Shown piece by piece: positions 32,893 through 49,900 of a stretch of DNA of 64,000 nucleotides (its first letter is position 1; the number at the start of each line of letters is the position of its first letter). Both the position numbers and the translations under genes were made by a program. This stretch comes from the human T2T-CHM13v2.0 reference genome, Homo sapiens: assembly GCF_009914755.1 (NCBI RefSeq), contig NC_060928.1; one strand, written 5' to 3'. Below the pieces are notes generated by a model. It was not told the origin of the DNA and ran no database searches. It worked only from the letters and a program-made list of their open reading frames with translations.

Positions 32893-32930
<38 letters not shown>

Positions 32931-33880
32931 TTTTTGAGACAGAGTCTCACTCTGTCACCCAGGCTGGAGTGCAGTGGTGCAATCTTGGCTCACTGCAACT
33001 TCCACCTCCCAGGTTCAAGCGATTCCCACCTTCTTTTTTCACATACTGCTTTTTCTCCCCAAGGCAGGACTTTAATCTTTCCCTGCCTTTCTGCCTTGGA
33101 GCTGGCTATAAAGAAATTCTCTGACCTACCTTGTCTGATTGTGGTCAGAAGACCTTCATTTCAGAAGGGGTCTTGCCCCATACGCAGCAGAAAGGAATGT
33201 TACACAGAGAGGCCAAGCAGAATCTAAACAGACAGGCTTTGCTGGGTTCCTCACTTGGTCTTTCGGTATGAGATCATACCTTTTTTGTCCAGTCACATTT
33301 CTACATCAGTGTCCATCCTTCATGTCCACTCAGTGAAGTTTCCATAAAAGGCCCAAGAGGACAGGGTATGGGAGCTTCTGGACAGCTGAAGTCCTGGAGG
33401 CTGCAGGAAGATGAACAAGAACTCATCCCCATACCAGGAGCGGGACACATCTCAACTCCACAGGAATGGAAGCTCCTGCACTCAGGACCTTCCAGACCAC
33501 GTACTATGTGTCTCCTCTTCGAGCTGCTTATATCCTTTAAAATGTCCTTTATAATAAACTAGTAAATATAAGTGTTTCCTTGAGTTCTGTGAACTACTCT
33601 CACAAATTAATCAAGCCTAAAGGAGAGGTCATGAGAACCCCAACTTGAAGTCAGTAGGTCAGAAGTTCCAGAGGTCCTGAAATGACAGGACACCTCTATC
33701 CCAGGTGGCTAGCATCAGAATTGAATTGAACTGGGGAACAACCAACTGGTGTCTGCTGCAGAATTGATTGCTTGCTTGCTGGTGGGAAGAAAATTCCCCA
33801 AATTTCACACCAAAGTCCTCTGTGTTCATTGTTATAATTCAAGGGCAGAGAAAAAAACTGTTGTTTGGTTTTTTTTTCCT
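32730..33880 (+). mobile_element. ERVL LTR MER21A containing a 5'-truncated antisense Alu (about 32895-33025)
   Basis: 'tgtgatatt…ggttcctggctcataact…cagagaggccaag…ccataaaaggcccaagaggacaggg' matches recalled MER21A. Confidence 0.8.
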
Positions 33881-33889
33881 CTAAGAATA

Positions 33890-34500
33890 AGCCTGGCTTA
33901 GGAAAATGAGAAGGGGTCAGGTATTTGAAAGTCATAAAAGAGCATTCCTAACAGAGGACACAGTAGATGCAAATGCCCTGAGGCAGCAGTGAGATGAGAA
34001 GATTAGAAGAACAGCAGATGGTAAGTGAGGCTGCACACAGGAGTCATGGGAGAGAGTGACTGCCCATGAGAATGGAAAGGTAGGCGGGGGCTAGATCCAG
34101 CATGGCCCAGGAGGCCATGGAAATGGGTTTGGATTTGCTTCTAACTGCAATGAAAAGCCACTAAAGGATTTCACACAGGAGACTGCCAAGATCAGATTTA
34201 TTCCTGGAAAGGTGACTCTGGCTGTTGGATGGAGACTAGGTTGTAAGAGAACAGCTGTGACTTTATGGGGAGAGGCCATTGTAGAAGTCCAGGAGGGAGA
34301 TGATGGCAGCTTGAACTTCAGTGGATGCTTGGAGCTGGAGAGAGGCAGACCACCCCAAAATGTGTTCTGCAAATAGATTCGACAGGATTTGCTGATAAGG
34401 GTGATGGCAAAGGGGAAAATAAGGGTGTGGCTCAAGTCAAGTCTTGGGTTTGCACAATGGAGTGGATGGAGGTATCACTTAGCAACATGGAAGAACTGAA
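33890..34500 (-). mobile_element. L2 fragment, resumes after about 35930
   Basis: 'gaaaagccactaaaggattt…actctggctg…gacaggatttgctgat'. Confidence 0.75.
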
Positions 34501-34503
34501 GAA

Positions 34504-34600
34504 ACCTGTAATCCCAGCATTCTGGGAAGCCGAGGTGGGAGGATCACTTAAGCTCAGGAGCTCAAGACCAGCCTGGGCAACATAGAGAGACCTCATTGCT
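34504..34600 (+). mobile_element. 5'-clipped Alu left monomer (FLAM/AluJ)
   Basis: 'cctgtaatcccagcattctggga…gaccagcctgggcaacatag'. Confidence 0.85.
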
Positions 34601-35925
34601 AGGAAGGATGGATGGAAGGAAGGAAGGGAGGGAGAAAGAGAGAAAAGAGAGAGAGAGAGAAAAGAAAGAAAGAAAAGGAAGGAAGGAGAGAAAGAAAGCA
34701 AAGGAAGGAGAGAAAGAAAGAGAAAAGGGAGAAAAGAGAGACGAAAGAAAGAAAGAGAAAGAGAAAGGAGGAAGGAAAGGAAGGAAGCAAGGAGACAGAG
34801 AAGGAGGGAGGGAGGGAAGAGAAAGAAAGAAAAGAAAGAGAAAGGAGGAAGGAAGGAAGGAGAGAGAAAGAAGGGGAGGGAGGGAGGGAAGAGAGAGAGA
34901 AAGAAAGAAAGAGAAAAAGAGAGAGAAAGAGAAAGAAAAAGAAAGAATGAAAGAGAAGAAAGAGAAACAAGGAGGGAAGGAGGGAGGGAGGGAAGGAGGA
35001 AGGGAGGGAGGGAAGGAGGAAGGGAGGGAGGGAAAAGAGAGAGAAAAGAGAAAAAGAAAGAAAGGAAGGAAGGGAGGAAACAGAGAGAGAATGAAAAAGA
35101 AAAAAGAGAAAGAAAAAGAAAAAAAAGAAAGAGAAAAAGGAAGGAAGAAACAAGGGAGGGAGGAGAGAGGGAGGAAGGATGGAAGGAAGGAAGGAAGGAG
35201 AGAGAGAGAAAGAAAGAAAGAGGGAAGAGAGAGAGAAAGAGAAAAAGAGAGAAAAAGAAAGAAAGAAAAAGAGAAGGAAGGAAGGGAAAAGAGAGAGAAA
35301 AGAGAAAGAAAGGAAGGAAGGGAGGGAGGGAGAGAGGAAAGAGAGAATGAAAAAGAAAAAGAGAGAGAAAAAAAGAAAGAAAGAAAAAAGAGAAAAAAGG
35401 AAGGAAGGAGGGAGGGAGGAAGGACGGAAGGAAGGAGGGAGGGAGGAAGGACGGAAGGAAGGAGGGAGGGAGGGAGGGAGGGAAGGAAGGAGAGAAAGAA
35501 AGAAAGAAAAGAAGGAGGGAGGGAAGAGAGAGAGAAAGAAAGAGAAAAAGAGAGAGAAAAAAGACAGAAAGAGAAAGAAAGGAAGGAAAGAGAAACAAGG
35601 AAGGAAGGATGGAGGGAGGGAGGGAAGGAGGATAGGGAAGGAGGAAGGAAGGAAGGAAGGAAAAAGAGAGAAAAGAGAGAAAGAAGGAGGGAGGGGGAGG
35701 GGGAAGGAGGGATGGAGGAAGGTAGGAAAAAGGGAGGGAGGGAGGGAGGAAGAGAGGAAAGAGAGACAGAAAGAGAAAAAGAGAGAGAAAAGAGAAAGAA
35801 AGAAAGAAAGAGAGAAAGAAAGAAAGAAAAAAGGAGGAAGGAAGGAAGGAAGAAGGGAGGGAGGGAGAGAGGAAGGAAGGAAGGGAGGGAGGGGGGAGGA
35901 AGGAAGGGAGGGAGGGAAGGGGACG
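34601..35925. repeat. 1.3-kb complex polypurine tract (GGAA/GAAA/GGGA/GA)
   Basis: Nearly pure A/G on the + strand, directly continuing the Alu monomer tail position. Confidence 0.97.
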
Positions 35926-36378
35926 ACTACATCAAAGAGGGACAAAAACAACTGGAAAAGGAACAAATTTCAGGGAGAAAATCAACTCATATAAAGTTTG
36001 AAGGACTCTTACAGATGCTAAGCTATATTTGCTAAACGACTGAAATGTGCTTTTTAAATTCACAACTACCTATCTAGAAGTGAACGATTTTGCCGCAAGA
36101 ATATTTCTGAGATTTCACAACACGTCCTGAGATAATAGGAGAAACACTGGAGTGTCACGAAAACAGGGTGGCAGATCACACACTCTCACGCTAGGGACCC
36201 TCCTCAAAGCAGAGAGCGACACCCATAAATTGGAGGTGCCTCTAGAAATGGCTAACCTTCAGCACCTCTCAGTTCATCTCCCCACTCCCGCCTCCCGCAT
36301 CCCTCTCACCTCCTTGCCAGTCTCTGGATTGAATTTGTTCAGTGCCCGGCAGCACATTGGGGGTGAGGGGCATGGCAC

Positions 36379-36819
36379 TGCATTGGCTTTCTAGGGCTGA
36401 TGTAACAAATTATCACCAGCTGAGTGGCTTAAAACAACAGAAATTTACTCTGTCAGAGTTCTGGAGACCAGAAGTCTGAAATCACGGTGTCATCAGGGCC
36501 ACCCTCCCTATCGCCAAAGACCCCGGGGGAAATTCAGTTCCTTGCCTCTTAGCTTCTAGTGGCTCCATGTGCTTTTTGGCTCATGGCTGCAAGGCTTTAA
36601 TCTCTGCAGCCACCATCACATGGCCTTCTGCTCTGTGTCTCAAATCTCCCTCTGCCTTTCTCTTGGTTTTAAGGCTCACCTGGATAATCTAAGATGACTT
36701 TATCAGGATATCTTTAAGTTAATTACTCCTGCAAAGACTCTTTTTGCAAATAAGGTCACATTCCCAGGGACTAGAAGAACATATCATTTGGGAAGGGGGC
36801 CACCATTCCACCCACTACA
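36379..36819 (-). mobile_element. MaLR LTR, MLT1C/D-like
   Basis: 'gtggcttaaaacaacagaaattta…gaagtctgaaatca…caaataaggtcacattc…cccactaca'. Confidence 0.82.
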
Positions 36820-37119
36820 AGTAATGAATGAGAGATTTGCTCCCTCTTCTCATGGAATAGTAACTGAGACCCAAAGGGTAAATGTGAATGAGCACAGTGA
36901 AGGACAGAGGGAAAGCTTCCAGAGATGCTGGCAGGTTTGAAAACCTTGAAGAGAAAGCATGGAACATCCGAGGATTTCCACCAAGCTAGAAATGGGGCAA
37001 GGTGAAGCCAGAGGGGTGGGGTTGGGCCAGGTCACTGAGGGCTTCCTAAGCTCTGGGGTGATGTTTGGACTTGGAGACAGTGGGGAGCTCCTAGAGGGTT
37101 TTAAATAGGGGAGGATTGA

Positions 37120-37413
<294 letters not shown>

Positions 37414-40209
37414 TCAATCAGTCAAGGAGGATCATGACCAGGTGTGTCTTTGAAAAAAATTACACATGTGCTTTGTGGAGAATGGATGTGAAAGGGGAAA
37501 ACTGAGGGTAGACAAGTCAGATAAGGTGCTCTTTGAGATTCTAGGCAAAACATGGAGGTGGTTTGGACTAGATGGCTGGCAGAGGTAGAGTGGAATGGGT
37601 AGGTCAGAACCACCAAATGTTACTGAACCTTGTCTCTCCCAACCAGAGATTTAATTACTCACATTGACAAAGGCAATATGTAAAGACCATGCCTTAATGT
37701 GGCCTGGTAAAACCATGTCAAAAGGGACTCAAACTTTATCAATTATTCTGAAAGGCTGCAAGATGATTTTTTAGGAGGATAAATGAAAGCTTATACTGAT
37801 GGGTGCTGAACTCACCCTGAAAATGCCCCTTCCTTTTCCATTCAGCTGTGTGCTCCTGTGGCGTTGAAGAGCAGCACCAGTGTCATGTGGAGGTTTTAAT
37901 GGCCTCTGCTTGGAATATGTGGATGTGAGGTTGCTGCAAGTATTCTCATTCTGGTATTTTTATGGCCTGAGCTATTTTAGCCAGGAGGATGCAAGCAGAC
38001 CCCGAAAGCCCAATTACGTTTCTAGAATCTGAATGCCCAGCAACTTGGAAGGTCATGAGAAGCAGCTACCCCAGGGTTCAGAACTGTGAAGCGGCCTCCT
38101 GATTTGAAGGTAGAACATTGCCTCTTGGCAGCGCTGTTTGCACTCAATATAAAACCCAAAGTGGGTGGAAATGCTGCCCAGTTGGAAAAAAACAACAAAA
38201 ATGCAAACCGAGTATTTGGAATTTTTATCCAATTCCTTCCACTATGACAAAAAAACTTCTAAATTCCCTCCCAAGATCCAACCTGCTATGTAGCTGGGGC
38301 TGTCTTCAGAGTCAGACCTGGGTTTGGACAGTCCCTGCGAAACAGGTCTTTAGATCTCTGTAGCTCCTACAGGGCTTCGCAAGTGCCAGAGACATAGACG
38401 TGTTCAGTAAACACTCGTGGATAAGAAGCTCTGCGCTCAAAGGTTTTGGAAAGAGAGAGGAAAAACAAAACAGACCGGGGCATTTCCACCTTATTAAAAT
38501 GCAGCAGGACCGTCTTGCTAGGAGCAATGTTGATTTTCCACGAGCCCCGCACAGGGAACAAGAAGATCCAAGTCCCACTTCACATTGTTTCTCATTGTGT
38601 GACCTTGAGCAAACCCAGGGCCACAGTTTTGTCTTTGTTCATGTGAGGATCTGGGTTAGGAGACCCTATGCGAAGGCAATCAGGGTGCCGTTATCCACCC
38701 AGCTGTCGCCGGTGGGTACGTGCAAACACAGACTCTCTGTTGTTGATGGGGAAATAATCAGAGACAGATTCTCAGTGATGTAACCAAGAGAACCGAGCAG
38801 ATGACTATAAAGACAGAAGTGAAAGTCCATTCCAGAACCGTGGCCGCCTGAGGAAACTCCCCAGGAGACACCCTGATGGGCACTGAGGAGCAAAATGCAT
38901 GGTCCTGCTCACATCCCATCCCCTCTACCCCCCGAAGGGTACCTAATCCCCAAAGCACTAAAGTGTGAACATTCCTACCAGGACGTACTCATGGGTCAGA
39001 CAGGGTCACAGCTCTGGAGCCTGCCATTCTACTGGTTCCTAGTTGGTCCTCTTGCCACACTGTTGTTATTACTGTTGTGGCTGTGGCTGTCGCTGTTGCT
39101 GTCTGTGCCAGGCGTGCAAATCCCCAAGGGCTGGGCCTTTCTTTTCTCCTGCCATACCCCCTCGGCCTCGCCACTGTGGTCCCCAGCCTGGTCTCTGCAC
39201 ACAGCAGGCATTCAATAACCACTCGCTGTTTAACCCTCATCATGGCAGGAAAATAAGCCGTGGCTGGGTGCTCAGAGCCTGGAATAGCATGTATGGGGGT
39301 GGGGCAGGGAGGGCACAGAGCCACGTGGAGCCAGGGCCCTAACGAGAAACAGGCCTCAGCACTGAGGAGAAATTGATTACCCTGCCTCTCAGTACCAGGC
39401 CTTCTCTCCAGAGCTCCTGCAAGAGACACAGACCTAGGGTGGAGGCCCCAGCCTGAGCCTCTTCAGGGCTATCCAGCACCTAGTCCCCAGCATGGAAGCT
39501 AATGAGTGTATTTATAACCCACCTTGTCCCAAAAAGAATTACAAGCATTTTTCAAAAAGGGAAGCAATACCGTAAGAGGAAGTAAATTTAGAAGAAAAAA
39601 AATGAGTCAAAGGGAAATAAGGGCAGGATTGTTTTATGGTGGAAATTCAGGTTTGGGGTCAGATGGAGGGAGAACCAGTTCTGGACCCTTCGTTATGTCA
39701 CCAGAGGAAGCTCTGCCCACCAGCCTACCAGCCACGAGTCTTATTGGGGGTGGCAAGGTTACCTGGGGATGATGATGTTTGTTGTTTTCTTAACCTCAAG
39801 CATGGTGATTGTGACAAGGATCAGGGCGGAATACTTGGAAAACATGGATCAGGACAGAAATACTTTGTGAATCAAGGAAAATATGTTGGTGCTATCTCCT
39901 GTCACTGAGGAATGGGATGGTTAAGCCTCCAGGCACTGGGGTAGAGGGATAAGAGTTCAAGTTCCAGTTCTGTAGCTGACTAGCTGCTTCTAACCTTCAT
40001 TATTTAACTTCTCTAAGCTTCAGCTATACAAGAACTGAGTCGAGCATCCGAAGTCCCTATGAATAAAAAGTGAACGTGAACTCTTTGTGTAGCAAAGGCT
40101 GTCATAAGCATTTCCATATCTGAACCCCTTTAATACTGTTAAAAACCCCTGAGGTAGGTGGGTGCTGATATCATCCATATTTTGCAGACAAAGAAACAGG
40201 TTAAAATGA

Positions 40210-40569
<360 letters not shown>

Positions 40570-41571
40570 AGAGCCAGGGTTTAAAGCAAGGGACTCTTCT
40601 TCAGAGTTTGTGCTCTGAGCCACTACTTTACACTATGTACATGCTCAGTAAATGATAGCTACTACTATAATAGGCAGGGCTAGTTAATATGCAGATGAGC
40701 TGTAGTAATATTTAGTTGACTACCTGGAGCATAGAAATTTATATTGTACCTGCAAAGATGTATGTGTGCATTTTGAACTTGGATAGTTTCTGCCTGATTG
40801 CACCTCAAAAAGCTATTGCAATAGTCATTCTCCCTAGCAATGTCTGAGACCTAGGTTTCAAAGGCACCAAAATGTATCTTATACTGCAACATAAAATTTG
40901 TTTAATTTACCAAATACCTACTGGGCTCCTACAATGGGCCAGGCATCATTGTAGGCACTTGGGGTATATTAGTGAACAAAAAGGACAAAAATCCATGCCC
41001 GGACAGAGTTTATATGTTTGGTGGGTTTCGGTTACTTTGTTGCAAAACAGGTCTTGAACTCCGGTCACAGCATCGCTTGCCTCTCCCTGGGTCCCACTCA
41101 TAAAGAATTTAGAACTGAAGGATTCAGACTGAACAATCATTCCCTGAGCTCTGAAGGGCTAAGTGTCCATTATGTCACAGAGCCTCCAAGCTCTTCTCAT
41201 AGGAATACTGCTAGTATAATCATCCCTATCTCCACAGATGAGGAACCAGAGGCTCGAAGAGTTAAGGTGTTTGTTCCAGATGACCCACCCAGGGCTAAGG
41301 GACAGAGCCAGGAGCTGCGCTCCCCTGGCCTGAGGTCCAGGATTTATTTCACTGCACCGCAGTGGTGAGATCACTATGAGGAAATTCATCTGGGGCCCAA
41401 ACACATATTTTGGCCCTTAATCCTATAGCATCTACTGATTGCATCATCCATTTGGAACTCAGAATATGTTTGCCCTGATTCTTATTTTTGTGTGTATACG
41501 TACTCATTAATGTATAACTAGGACAAATATTATTAAAATATTAATATCCACAATCTTCCCCTTCTTCTTAA

Positions 41572-41876
<305 letters not shown>

Positions 41877-42204
41877 TTAAATAGATCTTAAAGGGGAAGA
41901 ATTCTAGTTTGCTGGGTCCATTTCTAGACTACTGTTTGTTCAGGGGAATCCTGTTAAGGGACCAACAGAGATAACTCAAGAGTGCAGAAAGGCTATAATG
42001 ATCTTTGGAATATGATCTTCAGAATAAAGACCAGCATAGGTATAGAATGAGAGAGACGGCGAGACCCTTGGGCTAGATGTCTGGACAGAATGTTGAGATT
42101 TGAAAAGTGAGAGTAGGAGAGAAAGAGAGCATTTTGGAAGAAACAATACTTACAAAGAGTAGAATACTAAAAAGAGCACCCAGTTGGTTCTCAGTGTTTG
42201 CTGA

Positions 42205-43165
<961 letters not shown>

Positions 43166-43362
43166 AAGGAAAGAAAGAAAAAGAACAGATGAACAAACAA
43201 GTGAATGAATAAATGAATGGATGAATGTAAAGCTGCCATCATTATGGAGGCTACAAAAGGGGCAGAGGAAAGGAGGAGCATTTGTAAGCGGTTTTACAGT
43301 GCATAAAACATATAATCCTTTGATGTTTCCTCAATAGATTGAGTAAGAATTATACTTTAATT

Positions 43363-43663
<301 letters not shown>

Positions 43664-43759
43664 TTATACTTTAATTAATGTTTGATGGTGGATGTGCTGC
43701 TTTGAGGAGCACTCTTTGAGACTGGAATGAGGCTCACTGGCTTTATGTGGGTTGTGCAC

Positions 43760-44290
43760 TGAGGGACACTCATGTGATAGGCACTCTCCCTGACACTGAG
43801 GTGTATCACAGACACATGAACAGATAGGAATGTACATCCCACTTTATCAAGGACTACAACAGAAAAATGAATCATGCATATGGGTGCTCAGAGATGGGAA
43901 CGACCAACTTTGCCTGAGGGCTCAGGGAAAATCTGCCTGAAGGAGGTTATGCCTGAGAGCGGTCTTGAAAAGTAAAAAGTAGAAGTTTTCCAACTAAACA
44001 GAGGAAAGACATTCCAAAAAGAAGATGTCCTAATACAGCAAGCCAGAAGCAGAGAAGAGTGAAGATTCAGAGAGGCTGGAGTGAGCTAAGAGAGGAGCCA
44101 GTGCTGGAAGATAGCTGGGCTGGCTGACCAAGGGCTTTGTGCTCTCAGCTGAGGATTTAGGTTGGCCCTATAGGAGGCATAGTCAGTAGAAGTCTTCAAA
44201 GAGGTGAGTGACAGAAGCACAGTCTTTCTTAGAGAGATAGACAGAGTGGCAGTCAGAGGATAGACCAAGGCCAGGAGAGAGTCCGGGCTG
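43760..44290 (-). mobile_element. L2 fragment
   Basis: 'ctcagggaaaatctgcctgaaggaggt…agaggaaagacattcca…gaggctggagtgag'. Confidence 0.6.
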
Positions 44291-44607
44291 AGAAACTGTG
44301 ATCTTCCACAGGGTTTAGTCCAGTGCTTTGCACAGAAAGGATCATCACATTATCATAATAAGATGATTGCCCAAGTTGGAATCCATGCTCTATAATTACG
44401 GAACTCTATGACCTTGGCAAATTACTTGATTTCTCTGTGCTTAATTTTCTAAATGGGAATAATTGTCTCCACCTAATTGAGTTGTTGTGAGAACACAAGA
44501 TTAATAGCTAAGATAATAGAGAGAGTTTAGAAGAGTGCCTGCCACTCTCAATAAATGTTAATGATTGATATTATTAGTATTGATATTGGTTAATTGTCTT
44601 GAATTGA

Positions 44608-45147
<540 letters not shown>

Positions 45148-45814
45148 AGAACAGAACATTCTTGATGGCAGAATCCAAGTAACATGAGCTTCTACTGAAG
45201 CATGGTGTTAGCATGCAGTAGTTGCTTAATACATGTTTGCTAAATGTATGCCAGTCAGGGCAGCGAAAACAACGCTCAGTAAATTGACAAACAGTTTTCC
45301 AGAAGCAGTCACAAGATACTGGCTTTAGAAGCCTGGCTATAGCTCCAAATGGAACTTCATCCTCAAAGGAATTCCTGTCCCATCTGGTCTAGCTCTACTC
45401 ACCCAGCCCCAAAGAGAGCTCTAAAAATGTTAGAGACAAAACAAAGACTAAGGAAGGAAAGACGTGGTATACATGAAACAGTGAAAACTGAAAAGAACCA
45501 GGGAGGCATAGAGCAAAATCCAAATGACTGATGGCAGTGGACTTGTTGAACTTCATATATTAAGAAAAGATTTCCTGATATAAAATGTATAATATAAATG
45601 AAAACTTCAATACCTATCGGGAACCAAAATTTTAACAGAACCAGAGTTGGAGGTAGCTGGTATAAAGGAAAACAGAATTTAAGAGAACTCATTGCTTTGT
45701 GGTAGGAAAGCAGAGTGGGCTGTACTGATTAAGTCTTTACTTGGTAGGCAAATATAGGTTAACCTGTTTGTTAAAAAATCAAGGGCAATGAAAAGACATG
45801 AATAAAAAACTTAA

Positions 45815-46275
45815 TTGCTTATAGTTAAGTGAAATAAGCTAGCCCGAAAAGGCTACATGCTGTGTGATTCCAACTACATGACCTTCTGGAAAAGGGAAAA
45901 TAATGGAGACAGTAAAAATATCAGTGTTTGCCGGGGAAAGGGAGACGGATGAACAGGCAGAGCACAGAGGATTTTCAGGTGGTGCAGTTATTCTGTATGA
46001 TACAGTAATGGTGGATATGTGACATTATGCATTTGTCAAAACCCATAGAATATACAACACAAAGAGCGAACCATGATGTAAACTATGGACTTTAGTTAAT
46101 AATAATGCGTCAATATGGGCTCATCACTTGTAACAAATGTAACATATCAGTGCAAAATGTTAATAATAGGGGAAACTTGTAGGGTGGGGGAAATATATGG
46201 GAACTCTAGTTTCTGCTCAATTTTTCTGGAAAATTAATGCCATTGTAAAAAAAAAGATCTATTAATTTTAAAAAT
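45815..46275 (+). mobile_element. L1MC-type 3' end
   Basis: 'gcacagaggattttcagg…cattatgcatttgtcaaaacccatagaa…tgtaaactatggactttagttaataat'. Confidence 0.85.
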
Positions 46276-46278
46276 TCA

Positions 46279-46975
<697 letters not shown>

Positions 46976-49900
46976 AAATCTGGATTCATGCAGTGAAAAT
47001 TGGGGATGGGGAAGGAATTAGAGATGCTAACACCCAATTTCCTCAGTTCTAAAATGGGGAAATTAAGGCTCATCTGGCTTTGTGATGATCATCTACTCAA
47101 GTTGGGTTACACGGAATGTAATCTGATCCTTTCTAAGATCCAATAGGCATGTAACTCTCAAAATTGCCTTAAAAATGTGTTCACTTGCTTCTGTGTGTGG
47201 TTAACTCATTTATCTAGAATGTCAGAGGCACAGAGTGGTCTGGTTAATTTTATATTCTGTTAAAGTGAGGGTTACCATGGATACCACACATAACCAATCA
47301 ATTTTCTCAGAATTAGAATGCATGCAATAAAACTGGTTTAATGAGAAGACTAGGCTGAACATCACTGAAATTTATTTGATGATGAGTCCTTGGTAATGGG
47401 GAAGGCACTTCAAAGACACAGAACTGCAAAGACACAAGGCCGGGAGAAGTGGATGAGTCTTTACTGATCATAAAATAAAGCCCTGTAAGTGGCTCTTTTG
47501 TATGACTCCCAGGATATTCACCTGTGCCTTGGTCATTTGTCTCTGTCTCAAGGAAGTGGAGGAGAGAATGTTTGCACAGCAACATTAGAAGGATACAAAA
47601 CGCTTCACTGGAGTCGTCTGAGGGTTGGATCCAGCATGATTGGCAGCCATGTAATTTGATTTGAATCCTTTCCGGTATCCTTTGCCATTGCCAAGACTTG
47701 GGTAATTTCTTAACTAACAGAGAGTTCAAAACCTCAGACCTTTGGGCAGGTGGTTAAGTGGACTCTGGAGTGAGTAAAACCTGCTGTTTAGATCCCAGCT
47801 CTGCCTCATCCTGGCTGTGGCAACCCGGCTAGTTGCCCAACATCTATGTATAATAAATGGAAAATAATAATGGCTACTTCAAAGCGCAGTTGTAAGAAGC
47901 TAATAAGACAATGTAAAGAGCTTGGCACATGATAAGTGACAATAAGTATTAGCAATTATTATGATCCTTATTAGTACTCCACTAGTCTAGGGAAAAGGGC
48001 CCAAGATGGGACTCTATATGAAGATCTAAGTGAGGTTAAATTAAGACCCTCCACAGCCTGAGTGGAGATGAGTTTTGCAGAGTCTGAATGCATGCATTTA
48101 TTCTTTTTCATTTGAAGTTGCTGCTGTTTCAGAACATCTGAGGCAGTAGGCCCAGGGTACATGACCATATATCCACCTCCTTTGGAGAACTCCCTCTCAG
48201 AATCTGCTGCTCTTGATGTAGAAATTCACCAGTGAAGAGCAGACTTTGCTTGAGTCGCGGAGCGTCCGAGTGCCGCTGACACATGTCAGATGTCAGCACG
48301 CTTGCTCCATGTCTCCCTGCCAGCCTAGTCCTTCTCCGGTTGAGTTTTTCACTCCTCATTCCCAAGTGTCCTGTGAATGCTCCTTAACATCCTTGGTTTC
48401 TGTGCTTTCTGAACTGCTGCCTGTCTCCAGGCTTCACGGGCAGTTCCTGCCTCTGTGCCAGCGTCACCGTGATGCGCAAGCCATTGGTCTAGGGCCCCTC
48501 AGGGACAGCTCAGGACCTCCCTGCTGCGGCAAGTCACTAGGAACACATGGCCTCAGCCCTGCGCCCCACCCATCCCTTAACCATTTCACCTTTCTTCTGG
48601 AAGGGAGGTCTGGACATTGTCTCACAGGTACTCTCATGAAAGCGAATCTGCCACAGGGGTTTATTTGTTCGAGCTTATTTGCTTTTCAGAGGCAATCTGG
48701 TTGTAATTTCAGCAGCAGACCTGGTTTGGCTACTTTATCCATTGCTCCCCATTTTGCCATTTTCTCTAGTTGCTGTTTTGCAGACTGTCCTTTTTGTGTT
48801 TGGGTTATTCCTTTTAAAATACAAACCCAAGCATGCTATTACATACATATGCACACTCACACTCACACCCACACATAGACACACAAGGCATGTATCCGGT
48901 CTTGATGTTATTGCTGCAATGTATCTGTCATTAATATGGTAGCCATGTTTTGTTCTGATAGCCATGATTTATACCACTCTCAGTTTCCCTTCCAATTCCG
49001 ATTTCATTCTACATTTTTCAAGGTTCTTAATTCAAGCCTGTATTTCCTGATTTGCATCTCGTTTTCAGGTTTCTATAACATCTTCCAAAAAACAAGATAG
49101 GAAAAACACCACCCAAGAACACAACGTGTTACTAGTCAACAAAATTCTAGGTAAAACTGAAATGAAATTGGACATAATGCAAGGAATTCTCCCGTAGGGG
49201 ATAATCTGGAGCTAGCTAGCAGTGGAAGCCATGAGTAATGGGTCTCTTCCCTCTTGCTGGATCTCTATAAATCGTTTGACTGGATGGATGGAGAACCATT
49301 CCCTTTTCATTCATACAGAACTTGGACCTGCAGAGCTTGGTACAGAAACTCTCTGTTACCTTTATGTTTTGAGTACGACATCTGAATGGCTCCTTGTTTC
49401 GGGCCTGACTTTTTTTCCCACCTCCATTTACTCAGCTCCACAGGGGGAATCAGCACTTAATAAAACAACTATTGGCTGATGGTGCAAGTCACAGGAGCCT
49501 TAGAGCTCTTCTTGGCTTTGTTTTTCTAAAAAGTACCCATGACTATAGCCAAGCAAATCATTATATACCCATGGCCTCCCTCAGGAGAAATTAAAACCCC
49601 AAGTTAGGCAACAGGATAGAGAATCAGGCAGGAAGCCTAAAGGAGATTTAATAAACACATTCCTCTCTTCTTTTTCCTTTTGGGTAGATTTTCCTAAATG
49701 TGGTGGAAAGTTCTACAGATGTTTGTGAAGGGCCAATCACCTTCTCAGTTGAGTTGAGAAGCAGTGAAGAAATAAAGATAGCTGAGGGAAACAGGAAGGA
49801 TTCCTCTGGAGTGTATCAGTGTGTATGATCTATGGGGCTGAACCCTGGCACAACTCAGAAATGGGCAAAGATTTCCATAGCTGGTCTCCATTTTAGCATT

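Noticed and set aside
34432-36035. 271-479 aa K/E/R-rich and F/L/S-rich ORFs
   Set aside because: Translations of the polypurine tract and its complement.
48246-48878. 210-aa ORF
   Set aside because: Non-ATG start, no recognisable domain, ends in a CA-repeat translation.
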